Positions 23,342-36,900 of a DNA stretch of 48,924 nucleotides are shown one piece after another. The translations under genes were made by a program, and so were the position numbers. How positions within the stretch are numbered: position 1 is the first letter of the stretch; the number at the start of each line of letters is the position of its first letter. The DNA is from Nemertoderma westbladi. Its lineage: Eukaryota > Animalia > Xenacoelomorpha. The DNA is taken from contig JAUCBJ010001528.1 of the NCBI GenBank assembly GCA_032718475.1, forward strand, positions 1 through 48,924, read 5' to 3'. Under the pieces are notes generated by a model. That model saw only the letters and a program-made list of their open reading frames with translations. It was not told where the DNA came from and searched no databases.

Positions 23342-24149
23342 ACAGTTATAACTATGCGAAGTTTCGAAACTGTGTGAGTAACTGTTGATACATCTATGTG
23401 GAGATGTGTGATATGTGGAGGTGTGTGATACAACGCCAACGCATCTTATGCCGATGTAGTAATATGGGTATTGAAATAATATTAAATCAATGTACACTCT
23501 TAAAGCTGCAGCGAAAAAATGTAGCTAATTTCCTAGGTTACCTATAAAATAATAATATTATTTTTAAGAACATTAATTTTACTACTTTGCAAAAATTCAA
23601 TTAAAAAATAACCAGACATATACATTGTGGAATAAACTATTTCAGAAGCCTACAACAGCCATGCCATGGATAGTATTTATGTTATTATATCTGTCATTTA
23701 CCTGTCTGTCTGGGCTGGAATAGCAATACTGGTTGCCTACAGTATTACAATTCCTCTCTGGTTAGTCTACAGCCACAACTCCAAGCCAGCTAGCTCCACA
23801 CCAGCAGAGACTTGACCAATAATCATTCCCAGCAACTGGCTGCCTTACATCCTTCCATCTATGTACCAGCATGTTAGCCAATAAATGAGCAGTATTTAAT
23901 GAGAATAAATTTTTTATGACGTTTTAATTACTTTAGATCAATTAAAGACACAATTATTAAAGCAAATCACTTGAACTAATTAAAAACTATAATAGAATGG
24001 CGTATGTGGATTACATCTGTATAATTTTTAAGTATAATTATTTAAATCTTATACTGTAAAACAATTAATTTCCTTTAAAAGGCAGGTTGAAAATGGTGTT
24101 TTTACCGTAATCAACTTAATTAACTAATTAACTGCTATTATCTTAGCTT

Positions 24150-24355
24150 CTCGAAGGCCACACGGAAATTCTACTTGGAAAATTTCTAAACTTTTGCCAA
24201 ACAACATGTGTACCAAGTTTGGATAGATTTCATCAAAGATTGGCCGAGTTATTAACGTTTAAAATTGAACACGACAGAACGACAGAACGACAGAACGACA
24301 GGTTGATTAATGGTACCACTACGCTAAGGCTCACTCACTTCGTGGCTCGCCCCAC
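24150..24355 (+). mobile_element. Possible Helitron/Helentron-associated interspersed element end
   Basis: tgtgtaccaagtttgg, then (gacagaac)n microsatellite, then ggctcactcacttcgtggctcgccc. Recognised by architecture only. Confidence 0.35.
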
Positions 24356-27300
24356 AACATCTTAATGCCAAACATTCGTGGAATGACATTGACATTTGAT
24401 CGCTTCCTGTTTGTTAGTCTGTTTACAACGCGTTGTGTTGATGTTAAAGTTAATGTAGGCCCTACAACAAAGTATAGTAACAACATAGCAGCAACAAGTT
24501 AATAACAATATAACCAACAATATAGTAAATGAATACATTTACAAATTTTCCTCGCAGCGCAAGATTAGCAAAATTTTATTGCAAATTTGTTGCGTTTAAA
24601 GTGAAGATTTATTGCATTGTAGGTAGAGTTTGAAAGAGCTATTTCATTTTTATATTCACTACAGACAATAAATTATTCACATCGGCGTCTTACCAAAACC
24701 ATACTTTCAATAAGGAAACTGGTTTACAATAGGCGCCAATTCAGGAACAGCTGATCATTGCTATAAATAAACCGACCTAGTATATACTATATACTATAAA
24801 ATATTGTAATTGGTAGAGTTGCAACCGAGAGCAATAAATAAATCTATATATTTTCTCGGCGAATTAACAATATGCCCCCCACCCCTTAGGCTATTTTTCA
24901 ATGTAGATAAAGCTGCAGGTTGCACATAATTCTAACAGAATAATATACGAAATATAGTCAATAGCGCAGCTTACAAATTAGAATAATCAGCTGTATTTTA
25001 AGTCAATTATCCTATGGAGAGGGATAAATTTTGATTGTGTCAAAAATCAAGTCACCCATATCAAGGCGGGGGGGGGGGGGGGGCAGGGGGGGGGGCATAA
25101 TTATCGTTTAAAGATGCTGAGGTGAGAACTCAGAAGTGCTATCTAGCGAAAATAATATGCTGAATTCCTATGGCGAAAAGCACAATAATATAATACAATT
25201 TATTGGTGACATTCCTATATATTTCATTACAATGGCACTAAATTTTGTCGGCGAACAAACCTTGTCAGAATTAATTATTGCAAAATCTCAAAATATTTTC
25301 ACGTACGCAACCGACGACGACTCACGTGCTACCGGCCAAACGCTTTAATCACAGTTATACGAATTGAGTTTAGGGAATGTGGTTGTTGGGATTAAAAAAT
25401 ACATTGATTGTGTTTTTTTGTTCCACCCCAATAAATTTATATGAAGAACATCAAAGTTGAATCTCTATAAAGAATTCCGCTCTCATTGTGGGCCTGGGGA
25501 CCAACTCACCAACCTGGGCCTGGGGACCAACTCACCAACCAACACGCATATTATATAGCGAGGTAATTTAACGCTAGGCCTTCCTCTACGTATTGGGAAG
25601 CATTTTGTTCACAGCTCTCCACGCTAAGCTGCGTGATTGCATGTACGCCCTAGGAAGAAAATCGATGAAGATGGCCTCCTCTATAAAATCGCCTTAGGCT
25701 AAATGGTTTATTGGGGACGACTTTCCGACACAATAGCCTGTGTCTTTGTACCTGGGAGATTGGATGCCTTCTATGGGAGTAATTATGTTCCCATCTTTTT
25801 GCGGTAATAGCCCAACAGGAATACAGTTGGAACACCAACTCCGCTGTATAACTAGACCACCAAAGGGGCATTAATATTAATGATGGTAGGAACTGGGGGC
25901 CACTGACCTAACCCGATGACCGGGGTTTAATAGTTGTAGTTTCGTAACCTGGACACCTTCACTGCCTCCAAAAGTTAGGGCCTAACTTCACGGGAGCACT
26001 TTCGCTCGGATTTTATTCTCTAATTCTCACTCATGCAGGTCAACCGTAACTTTTATATGCGGCCCGGCCCTATTAGAATTAAACCGAATGTAATATGTAT
26101 TTTGGTACGCAGCAAACTTCGCCCGCGAGCAATCTTCGCCCTCAAAGTGAGTGTTAACAACATCGTTTATTGTTTTGGTTAGAAAATTCCGTCTCTTTAA
26201 CTTGCCGTCTCTTTAACCTGCTCCTTTCCCCCAATCGGGCGAAGGTTGGACGCGAGCGAAGATTTCCCGCGGGCGAAGATTGAATCCAACCGTTCGGTTT
26301 GTGATATCCTATTAGAGTTGAACTAACAAGGAGCAACTATTGTTCAATGATAGATTTTGGGTAAACGCAAAATAAATACAATTTATGTAATCGTACCGGT
26401 ATGTATGTATGAGATTATTTGAGATCAATGCGGTGAACATTGAAAGCAAAATATAGTTAAATATAGTAGGTTTTATTATGTGTTCTTAAATAGTATTACG
26501 TTGTCAATAAAATATATAATCTAATCCAATCTATATTGTGCTGAGTATATTTCTCAAATTATAATTTTACGAGATAAAGAAAGCGGCTAGACATAATTGC
26601 ATGTTTCCATAGAGATTTTTATAGTTACAGTACCTTAGGTACATGTATAGGTACGTGTATAGGTAGCAGTGACTGCTTTTATTAGAGAAACGTAATGTCT
26701 GATTGTCTGATATTTATTTGTAGTTCTATTTGTCGAGTTCGTGGAAAGCCACTCCGAATTCATGGCACATTGGAAAGGCCAATTCCTTATTATAATGGAC
26801 TTTCGGAGAAGCAACTGCGTAGCATAAAACATGGGGGCTACGTGAGGGGCTTCAGCGCTGGGAGCCAATTAGAGTTAATACAACACGGCCCCAAAACGAT
26901 GTCCAATCACGGACAAGCACGAACTGTGACACACTGCAGCCTACCTAACGGGGTATTCCCGTTAGGGACTTACCTCACCTGACCGTTATCCTTGCACGTG
27001 AGCCGCAATAGGCCCCGTTATAACCTCATGTGACTTTAACTAAACTCCATCCGCGCGCCCATTACTAGTAGTTTAATGCTCGTAAAAGTTTACTGAGAAA
27101 AGTTAATTTGACTAAAAGAAGATGGACACACCGCCTGAGCTGAACCCATCAACCCATGTGGGAAACTCTTTCCCAGTCTTTGTAACTGCACCCCCTGCCA
27201 GCAGTCATCAGCACCTTCCCTTTCTACCTGGGATGATGAATCAAACATTAATGACCCACATTAATCAACACCAGGTAAATCAATAGTGCATAGCCTCGTT

Positions 27301-28083
27301 TAACTTTGCCACTAGGCGGCACAAGTGCCGCCCAGTTGAATCAATTTGCCGCCTAGTCACAGCCAGAGTGCCTTCCTAATATATTATATCTGGACTAGCC
27401 TCAGCCAGCGACCAATCACCCAGTAAAGTACCTACATAAACTTCTAAAGGAATAAGTGATTGACAGCACAGAGACTTCAATGGGTGATAGCCATAGTACA
27501 GTAGTAGTAGTAGTAGTGGAGGGATGAGTCAGTGTCCAACCCAATGCGACCTTTACTAATGTTAGTAAAGGTCGCGCCTTTGGTCCAATCATTGTGTAGA
27601 TGTCTATAGATTCCTGATAGGCTTACTGCAGTTAATTGGTGCCTCAGATGGATATTGGATAGTTCCAACTTCCAAGGCTGCTTGCTATCACCATACTTAC
27701 CTGTCTGGCACCTTTAACCCCCTACCCCTGTTAAGAGTAGTCAGTTTTCAGTATATGTTACTATTAGTATTCAGGAGAGATTTAGAAGTTTATTAGTCAT
27801 TATAAACTACCCCGAGACGGCAGGGCTTACATTGCATCATTGCTTTATTATGTAATAAATTGGTTTTGAAAATTAAGTGTTTAACTACTTAATTAGGGTT
27901 CGTCTATGTACATTTATTAATAATTTGATATAATTATAATAATACTATTATTATTTTATTAATAATAATTTATTAAGTTTTAATAATGATTTTTATGATA
28001 CTGTATATTTATTTATTTATTTATGATACTGATATTATTTTTCTTATAAATTTAATTATATTATTTTTAATAAGTATATTTAG

Positions 28084-28360
28084 GCCCATGTGAAGAATAC
28101 CAGACTTTCTGCCGTTATATTTCACTTTGCAGTTACCCCCATGTGAAGAATATCAGGTTTTCACAAAAAAACACAGGTTACAGACGGGTTGAATCTAACC
28201 AAAACAATAAACGAATTAGTATATGTACAGCTTATAAGACAGAAATTAGCGCTATAAAACACTTAATAAAGATAAATTAAAAAAAATACAAAATCTTCAT
28301 ATATAAAATTCCAATAAAAAGTCGACCGAAAAGTGAAATCCTGGAATTCTTCACATGGGC
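28084..28360. mobile_element. Small MITE-like inverted-repeat element nested in the hAT element
   Basis: gcccatgtgaagaat at the start and attcttcacatgggc at the end, plus an internal extra copy near 28138. Confidence 0.55.
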
Positions 28361-28530
28361 GAGTATATTTTGGCCGACAATAATTTAATTATTTATTAAA
28401 GAAATAATTATTATAAGATTAAATTCAAGTCTTATAATCTAGCACTTTTACAGCTTTATATAGACAGGGGAAGTGGACGCAAATCCCATCTTGGCGAATT
28501 AATATCCCGCCTCAGTTAAATTATCAATTT

Positions 28531-28967
28531 AGGGAAAGGAGCAGGTTACAGTGGCATGTTATTTTAACCAAAACAATAAACTAAACAAAACAGTTTACAG
28601 TTTTATTTTTGAGAGTAATCAGCTGTTATTTGCGTCGAATTTCCCCTGGAGAGGGATGAATTTTTATTGCATCCAGTTCCCCCCCCCCCCCCCCCCCCCT
28701 ATCTGGCTTTATAATATTACAATTTCCGGCTCAAATAAATTTGGTGCATACTACAGGTACCTCCTATTTTCTACACATTAATAACCTTACCACCGATTTT
28801 AATCTCCCGATCCTTAATACCGATTTTTTTTTCATTTCATCTAGAGCAACATTTCATCAGAATTCCAAATCTGAAGTCTGTTTGTTCATAGCTTGTTCCG
28901 TTATCGAAATATCGTTTATTGTTTTGGTTAGAAAAGCCGGCAGCCTCTGTAATCTGCTCCTTTCCTT
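28531..28967. mobile_element. MITE with about 50-bp TIRs nested in the hAT element
   Basis: ggaaaggagcag(g/a)ttacag...taaccaaaacaataaac is inverted at both ends. Solo ends of the same family at about 1730-1785 and 26160-26230. Confidence 0.7.
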
Positions 28968-30242
28968 CAAATGGTATCAGACACTTATTTTCAATAATTT
29001 TGCAATTTAATGAAAACAAGTTACTTTATTTCACTAATAAATTTGTAAAACTTTTAGAGAGAAAGCAGTTTTTTCAAATAGTATATAATTATTAAATTTT
29101 ATTTCTTACCTTATAGATAATTAATTAATTTTTGATTGGGCTGTGTATGGCATTTTCTCACCTATTAAATATAAATTGTAAATGTAATACAGTATGTACA
29201 TGTAATTGAATTAATGTATATTTAATGTTACATCTATTATATTGAAATATAAATGGCTATATTTTATGATGCAATAAATTGAATTATTATTGGTTTCATT
29301 TAATTTTTAGTGTAATGTAATCTAATGTTATTATTTTCTTTCTAGCTGGCCTTATTGTTAAAAATATTCGGAAATAATTGTATAATTATTAATTTTGTTA
29401 TCAAACCTGTTTTAACCACCTCTGAATTTCCGGTTATAGGTGCCACATTTTCTATTATAATTTAATATTTATGTAAAATAATGATTTAATTAAGTTTTGT
29501 AAAATTAGTTGTTGCTTCTTATAGAAATTATATCCATTATTGTCAATAAACAATATATTACAGTATGCTTAATAGTTTTTCGTTCACACACATTAAAAAT
29601 GTGTATCAAATTCACCCCCCCCCCCCCCCCCCCCCCCCACTCATACAATTTGCCATGGCGAGTGACTGTGCCGCCCAGTAAAAAATTCTTAAAAGAGGCT
29701 ATGCAATAGTGTATTAATTGTACAATATTTACATTAATGACGCAATAGGCGTGGCGCTTTAAATATATTCCTTATATAAAATATTGCATAATTTTAAACT
29801 TATTTTTCATCACGTTCTTGCCCTACATGACATCTATATCTTTATTGCTTCACCATCGCACATACTTTATTTGTATGATATCATTTAATATGTTACTCTG
29901 ATTATATATAAGCATTCGCCCATGGCCTATGATACGCCTCACAATACAGGTGCCACACCCCTATTGCCAGGCCACATCGTGGATTTCGCAGTGCAGTTGA
30001 TGTTGACAGTAAGCTCATCAGAGTCACCTGTAATAGCTACATGACCTTGACTTACCATTGGCTGAAGCCCATCTACCACAGCATGCCTGTGTACCTGCTG
30101 GGGCTGACAGATACCCGTTATAGTGTGTTAATTGGAATATACGAGGATTTAGCTATTTAGCTGATTCGAAAACGTTAGAGCTCTTTGCAGCCGTCGCACT
30201 ACCGCACTATACACCCACCCAGTGCATTTTTGTATCCGCTTC

Positions 30243-30280
30243 ATTGGCATGGGTTTCTCACAGTACAGAGCACTATAAAT
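30243..30280 (+). promoter_or_regulatory. Candidate HES promoter: inverted CCAAT, Su(H)/CSL site, TATA
   Basis: attgg 30243-30247; ttctcaca 30255-30262 (TGTGAGAA on -, fits YGTGRGAA); tataaat 30274-30280; about 370 nt upstream of the ATG. Confidence 0.4.
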
Positions 30281-30648
30281 ATAATATAAGAGTTATTACT
30301 CGAGAACAATGAATTTTTTAATAAAAATGGGATGGTGTGTCTATTCTAATAAACCGTGTGCAGTTAAGCGCTACATAGCCGAGGCACCAAGGTGGGATCT
30401 GGCTACACAATCAGCTGGAATATGTTGCCAACTGGCGGCATAAAGAAAGGTTACGAGCATGCTGTAATGCAACTATAGGAGGCGTTTTCGATATTGAGAC
30501 AACTCAGCGCAGTTAGGTGCAACATCGGCATATGCGACTTTTTCGAGAACGCGTGTATGAATGCATTGCGTACTGCTATGCTCTTTAAACTGCGTCGCTG
30601 ACGACGCGAGAACATTTTAATCAACTTTTTTCAATTTTCAAACAGGTG

Positions 30649-30921
30649 ATGTCAAATGAGCAAACTCCTCTAAGTTATCCTCCAATGGCCCTCCAACCCA
30701 CCAACTCAGTGGAACAAATCCCCGCAGGGATTATAAGGCAGCCTCTTGGTTCCCTAAACCCCAATGTAACAAGACCCAGAACCCCACCAAACAGCTGCGG
30801 GAAACTGAAAGTAAAGGAGCGACGCAGTAACAAACCGATCATGGAAAAGAAAAGAAGAGCTCGGATCAATTCCAGTTTAAACCAATTGAAGTACCTAATT
30901 CTCGACGCTCTTAGAAAAGAT
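30649..30921 (+). CDS. HES: HES coding exon 1 (basic region, helix 1)
   Basis: ATG 30649, GAT|gttagt donor. An acceptor-like ttttcaaacag ends at 30645, so an upstream exon may exist. Confidence 0.9.
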
Positions 30922-33900
30922 GTTAGTAACAAGGAACAACCAATAATTATAAATTTAATAAATATATCCTACTTCGGCAATTAACTTTCTGTTGATAGTT
31001 ATAGCTCGGATATTATTTTAAATTTACTTATTTGATATAATATTATTATATTTATCATATTTGATTGTGCAAAAATATTTTTAAATATTTTATTTCAAAA
31101 TTGTAACATTAGGATTTAACGTCGTTAGTACATATTATTAATGCCGAGTTGTTAATGTAGCACATATCTTTAGAGTAGAATAAACCAACTCAATATTACA
31201 GATGCATTATTTGATTGATAAGTTCCTATTAATAATTTATGATATTCCACCAAAAATATTACATATTTTATAGCCATAAAATATCCAGGCGGGATTTTAG
31301 ATTATAAATCGATTCACAACATTATTTTGGATACATCTACAAACATACAAAGTTGCAAAGTACTTTCTATTAATCTGATCCTCGCGACTTTTTTTAAACT
31401 CACTCACTACGTTCGTTCGTGTAACAGACCACTCGAGTCATCAAATTGTGAAGTGCCACTTACACAATATTGTTGATACTGTACTTTAACATATATAATA
31501 TATTATTATTTGTTTATTGTTTATTAGCGTTTTACTTTACAGCATAACTTTGACCAACATATTTTATTTGCAGACAAGCAAACATTCGAAGCTGGAGAAA
31601 GCCGATATCCTGGAAATGACGGTAAACCATTTGCGAAATCTTAAACGGAAGGAACTCGTAGGTGAGTTTCATTAAATTACAAAATCATTGAATAATAACA
31701 CTTTACTTAGAAAATAGTTTTACTTACTCTTACAGATTCGCCCACCAACCCCAAGCTATCAATAAGTTTACTTATTCTTACAGATTCGCCCAACCAACCC
31801 CAAGCTATCAATAGTTTTATTTATTCTTACAGATTCGCCCAACCAACCCCAAGTTATCAATAAGTTTACTTATTCTTACAGATTCGCCCAATCAACCCCA
31901 AGCTATCAATAAGTTTACTTATTCTTACAGATTCGCCCAACCAACCCCAACCCCAAGCTATCAATAAGTTTACTTATTCTTACAGATTCGCCCAACAAAC
32001 CCCAAGCTATCAATAAGTTTACTTATTCTTACAGATTCGCCCAACCAACCCCAAGCTAACAATAAGTTTACTTATTCTTACAGATTCGCCCAACCAACCC
32101 CAAGCTATCAATAAGTTTACTTATTCTTACAGATTCGCCCAACCAACCCCAAGCTATCAATAAGTTTACTTATTCTTACGGATTCGCCCAACCAACCCCA
32201 AGCTATCAATAAGTTTACTTATTCTTACAGATTCGCCCAACCAACCCCAAGCTATCAATAAGTTTACTTATTCTTACGGATTCGCCCAACCAACCCCAAG
32301 CTATCAATAAGTTTACTTATTCTTACAGATTCGCCCAACCAACCCCAAGCTATCAATAAGTTTACTTATTCTTACAGATTCGCCCAACCAACCCTAAGCT
32401 ATCAATAAGTTTACTTATTCTTACGGATTCGCCCAACCAACCCCAAGCTATCAATACGTTTACTTATTCTTACAGATTCGCCAAACCAACCCCAAGCTAT
32501 CAATACTTTTATTTATTCTTACAGATTCGCCCAACCAACCCCAAGCTAACAATAAGTTTACTTATTCTTACAGATTCGCCCAACCAACCCCAAGCTATCA
32601 ATAAGTTTACTTATTCTTACAGATTCGCCAAACCAACCCCAAGTTATCAATAAGTTTACTTATTCTTACAGATTCGCCCAACCAACCCCAAGTTATCAAT
32701 ACGTTTACTTATTCTTACAGATTCGCCCAACCAACCCCAAGCTAACAATAAGTTTACTTATTCTTACAGATTCGCCCAACCAACCCCAAGCTATCAATAA
32801 GTTTACTTATTCTTACAGATTCGCCAAACCAACCCCAAGTTATCAATAAGTTTACTTATTCTTACAGATTCGCCCAACCAACCCCAAGTTATCAATACGT
32901 TTACTTATTCTTACAGATTCGCCCAACCAACCCCAAGTTATCAATAAGTTTACTTATTCTTACAGATTCGCCCAACCAACCCCAAGTTATCAATAAGTTT
33001 ACTTATTCTTACAGATTCGCCCAACCAACCCCAAGCTATCAATAGTTTTACTTATTCTTACAGATTCGCCCAACCAACCCCAAGTTATCAATAGTTTTAT
33101 TTATTCTTACAGATTCGCCCAACCAACCCCAAGCTATCAATAGTTTTATTTATTCTTACAGATTCACCCAATCAACCCCAAGCTATCAATAAGTTTACTT
33201 ATTCTTACAGATTCGCCCAACCAACCTCAAGCTATCAATAAGTTTACTTATTCTTACAGATTCGCCCAACCAACCCCAAGCTATCAATAAGTTTACTTAT
33301 TCTTACAGATTCGCCCAACCAACCCCAAGCTATCAATACGTTTACTTATTCTTACAGATTCGCCCAACCAACCCCAAGCTATCAATAAGTTTACTTATTC
33401 TTACAGATTCGCCCAACCAACCCCAAGCTATCAATACGTTTACTTATTCTTACAGATTCGCCCAACCAACCCCAACCCCAAGTTATCAATAAGTTTACTT
33501 ATTCTTACAGATTCGCCAAACCAACCCCAAGTTATCAATAAGTTTACTTATTCTTACAGATTCGCCCAACCAACCCCAAGCTATCAATAAGTTTACTTAT
33601 TCTTACAGATTCGCCCAACCAACCTCAAGCTATCAATAAGTTTACTTATTCTTACAGATTCGCCCAACCAACCTCAAGCTATCAATAAGTTTACTTATTC
33701 TTACAGATTCGCCCAACCAACCCCAAGCTATCAATAAGTTTACTTATTCTTACAGATTCGCCCAACCAACCCCAAGCTATCAATAAGTTTACTTATTCTT
33801 ACAGATTCGCCCAACCAACCCTAAGCTATCAATAAGTTTACTTATTCTTACAGATTCGCCCAACCAACCCCAAGCTATCAATAAGTTTACTTATTCTTAC

Positions 33901-36900
33901 AGATTCGCCCAACCAACCTCAAGCTATCAATAAGTTTACTTATTCTTACAGATTCGCCCAACCAACCTCAAGCTATCAATAAGTTTACTTATTCTTACAG
34001 ATTCGCCCAACCAACCCCAAGCTATCAATAAGTTTACTTATTCTTACAGATTCGCCCAACCAACCCCAAGCTATCAATAAGTTTACTTATTCTTACAGAT
34101 TCGCCCAACCAACCCCAAGCTATCAATAAGTTTACTTATTCTTACAGATTCGCCCAACCAACCCCAAGCTATCAATAAGTTTACTTATTCTTACAGATTC
34201 GCCCAACCAACCCCAAGCTATCAATAAGTTTACTTATTCTTACAGATTCGCCCAACCAACCCCAAGCTATCAATACGTTTACTTATTCTTACAGATTCGC
34301 CCAACCAACCCCAAGCTATCAATAAGTTTACTTATTCTTACAGATTCGCCCAACCAACCCCAAGCTATCAATAAGTTTACTTATTCTTACAGATTCGCCC
34401 AACCAACCCCAAGCTATCAATACGTTTACTTATTCTTACAGATTCGCCCAACCAACCCCAAGCTATCAATAAGTTTACTTATTCTTACAGATTCGCCCAA
34501 CCAACCCCAAGCTATCAATACGTTTACTTATTCTTACAGATTCGCCAAACCAACCCCAAGTTATCAATAAGTTTACTTATTCTTACAGATTCGCCCAACC
34601 AACCCCAAGCTATCAATAAGTTTACTTATTCTTACAGATTCGCCCAACCAACCCCAAGCTATCAATACGTTTACTTATTCTTACAGATTCGCCAAACCAA
34701 CCCCAAGTTATCAATAAGTTTACTTATTCTTACAGATTCGCCCAACCAACCCCAAGCTATCAATAAGTTTACTTATTCTTACAGATTCGCCCAACCAACC
34801 CCAAGCTATCAATACGTTTACTTATTCTTACAGATTCGCCCAACCAACCCCAAGCTATCAATACGTTTACTTATTCTTACAGATTCGCCAAACCAACCCC
34901 AAGTTATCAATAAGTTTACTTATTCTTACAGATTCGCCCAACCAACCCCAAGCTATCAATAAGTTTACTTATTCTTACAGATTCGCCCAACCAACCCCAA
35001 GCTATCAATACGTTTACTTATTCTTACAGATTCGCCAAACCAACCCCAAGTTATCAATAAGTTTACTTATTCTTACAGATTCGCCCAACCAACCCCAAGC
35101 TATCAATAAGTTTACTTATTCTTACAGATTCGCCCAACCAACCCCAAGCTATCAATAAGTTTACTTATTCTTACAGATTCGCCCAACCAACCCCAAGCTA
35201 TCAATACGTTTACTTATTCTTACAGATTCGCCCAACCAACCCCAAGCTATCAATACGTTTACTTATTCTTACAGATTCGCCCAACCAACCCCAAGTTATC
35301 AATAAGTTTACTTATTCTTACAGATTCGCCCAACCAACCCCAAGCTATCAATAAGTTTACTTATTCTTACAGATTCGCCCAACCAACCCCAAGCTATCAA
35401 TACGTTTACTTATTCTTACAGATTCGCCCAACCAACCCCAAGCTATCAATAAGTTTACTTATTCTTACAGATTCGCCCAACCAACCCCAAGTTATCAATA
35501 CGTTTACTTATTCTTACAGATTCGCCCAACCAACCCCAAGCTATCAATAGTTTTACTTATTCTTACAGATTCGCCCAACCAACCCCAAGTTATCAATAAG
35601 TTTACTTATTCTTACAGATTCGCCAAACCAACCCCAAGTTATCAATAAGTTTACTTATTCTTACAGATTCGCCAAACCAACCCCAAGTTATCAATAAGTT
35701 TACTTATTCTTACAGATTCGCCCAACCAACCCCAAGTTATCAATACGTTTACTTATTCTTACAGATTCGCCCAACCAACCCCAAGCTATCAATAGTTTTA
35801 CTTATTCTTACAGATTCGCCCAACCAACCCCAAGTTATCAATAAGTTTACTTATTCTTACAGATTCGCCCAACCAACCCCAAGCTATCAATACGTTTACT
35901 TATTCTTACAGATTCGCCCAACCAACCCCAAGCTATCAATAAGTTCCGCGCTGGCTTCAATGAATGCGCAACAGAAGTGACGCGATACGTCCAGGGTATG
36001 AAAGACATCGATTCCGTACTAAAAGTGCAAATGTTGAGCCAGTTAGCGAAAAGGTAAAAATATTCATGTAGCGGGATTCAATTAATATTTTATTAATATT
36101 CACAGAGTTGATAAAGGCAGCCAACGTACTATTGTTTTTACCGTGTTTGGATTAATATGTATAATTTATTCATATTATTAGAATAAACTGTAATAGTAGT
36201 TCATGTACATGATTACACTCCCATTTCCTACAGTATAATTTACTTCACTGCAGCCATGTGCGGTGCGTCCCACTGGGGTATACCATTTAATATAAGGATA
36301 CTTCAAAAGAATCTGAAAGCTTTACAGAACTGCACACACAATAATTGCATTTAAATTAGTTGAACCCAGCTCAGCGCATCCACAAACTAATTAAACTTTA
36401 ATTCTCTTTCAGTGTCGGCTCTTTGAACCAGGTTTCTGCGTCATCGTCGCCCCCCAATCAGCCGCTACAGATCGACATTCCCGGAACCTCCCGGTTGTCC
36501 CAACCGATGTCGTCCGGAACCCTAGATTCCGGATATACCAGCGTTCCGGGACTTACTCCGGACACCTGTACATCCATAACGGACGAGTCTCCATTCGTGC
36601 CGGACAACAACAGTCCATCAGTCCCGGACACCTGTCCATCCGTTACCGACACTCGCTTCTCTCACACACAAACGGAAAATGACCAAGGTTACTTCGAGGA
36701 AATGGGTCACCGCAGCGAACATTCGGAACCACTCTTCAATATGCGCCCTCTAACGGGAAACGATGTTTCTCGTGTTACTGCAACCGATAACTCATTACAA
36801 CCGATAGATGGCGCAGTTCGTTCTCTCGTTACACCCGCTACTGCGCTACCCACGCTACAGCCCAGCACGACCTTGCCAGTTACCCCACCAACCTCGCTCC

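Larger units (their letters stand above)
27289..29703. mobile_element. Non-autonomous hAT-like DNA transposon (2415 bp) upstream of HES
   Basis: TIR catagcctc(g/t)tttaa with subterminal act(a/g)ggcggcaca at both ends. 8-bp TSD caatagtg at 27281-27288 and 29704-29711. No transposase ORF. Confidence 0.9.

Noticed and set aside
31714-35945. 49-bp units as recursive splice sites, or as 31-nt exons with 18-nt GT-AG introns
   Set aside because: The acceptor is followed by AT, not GT, so there is no AG|GT ratchet point. 18 nt is too short for a metazoan intron, and two consecutive 31-nt units create TAA.
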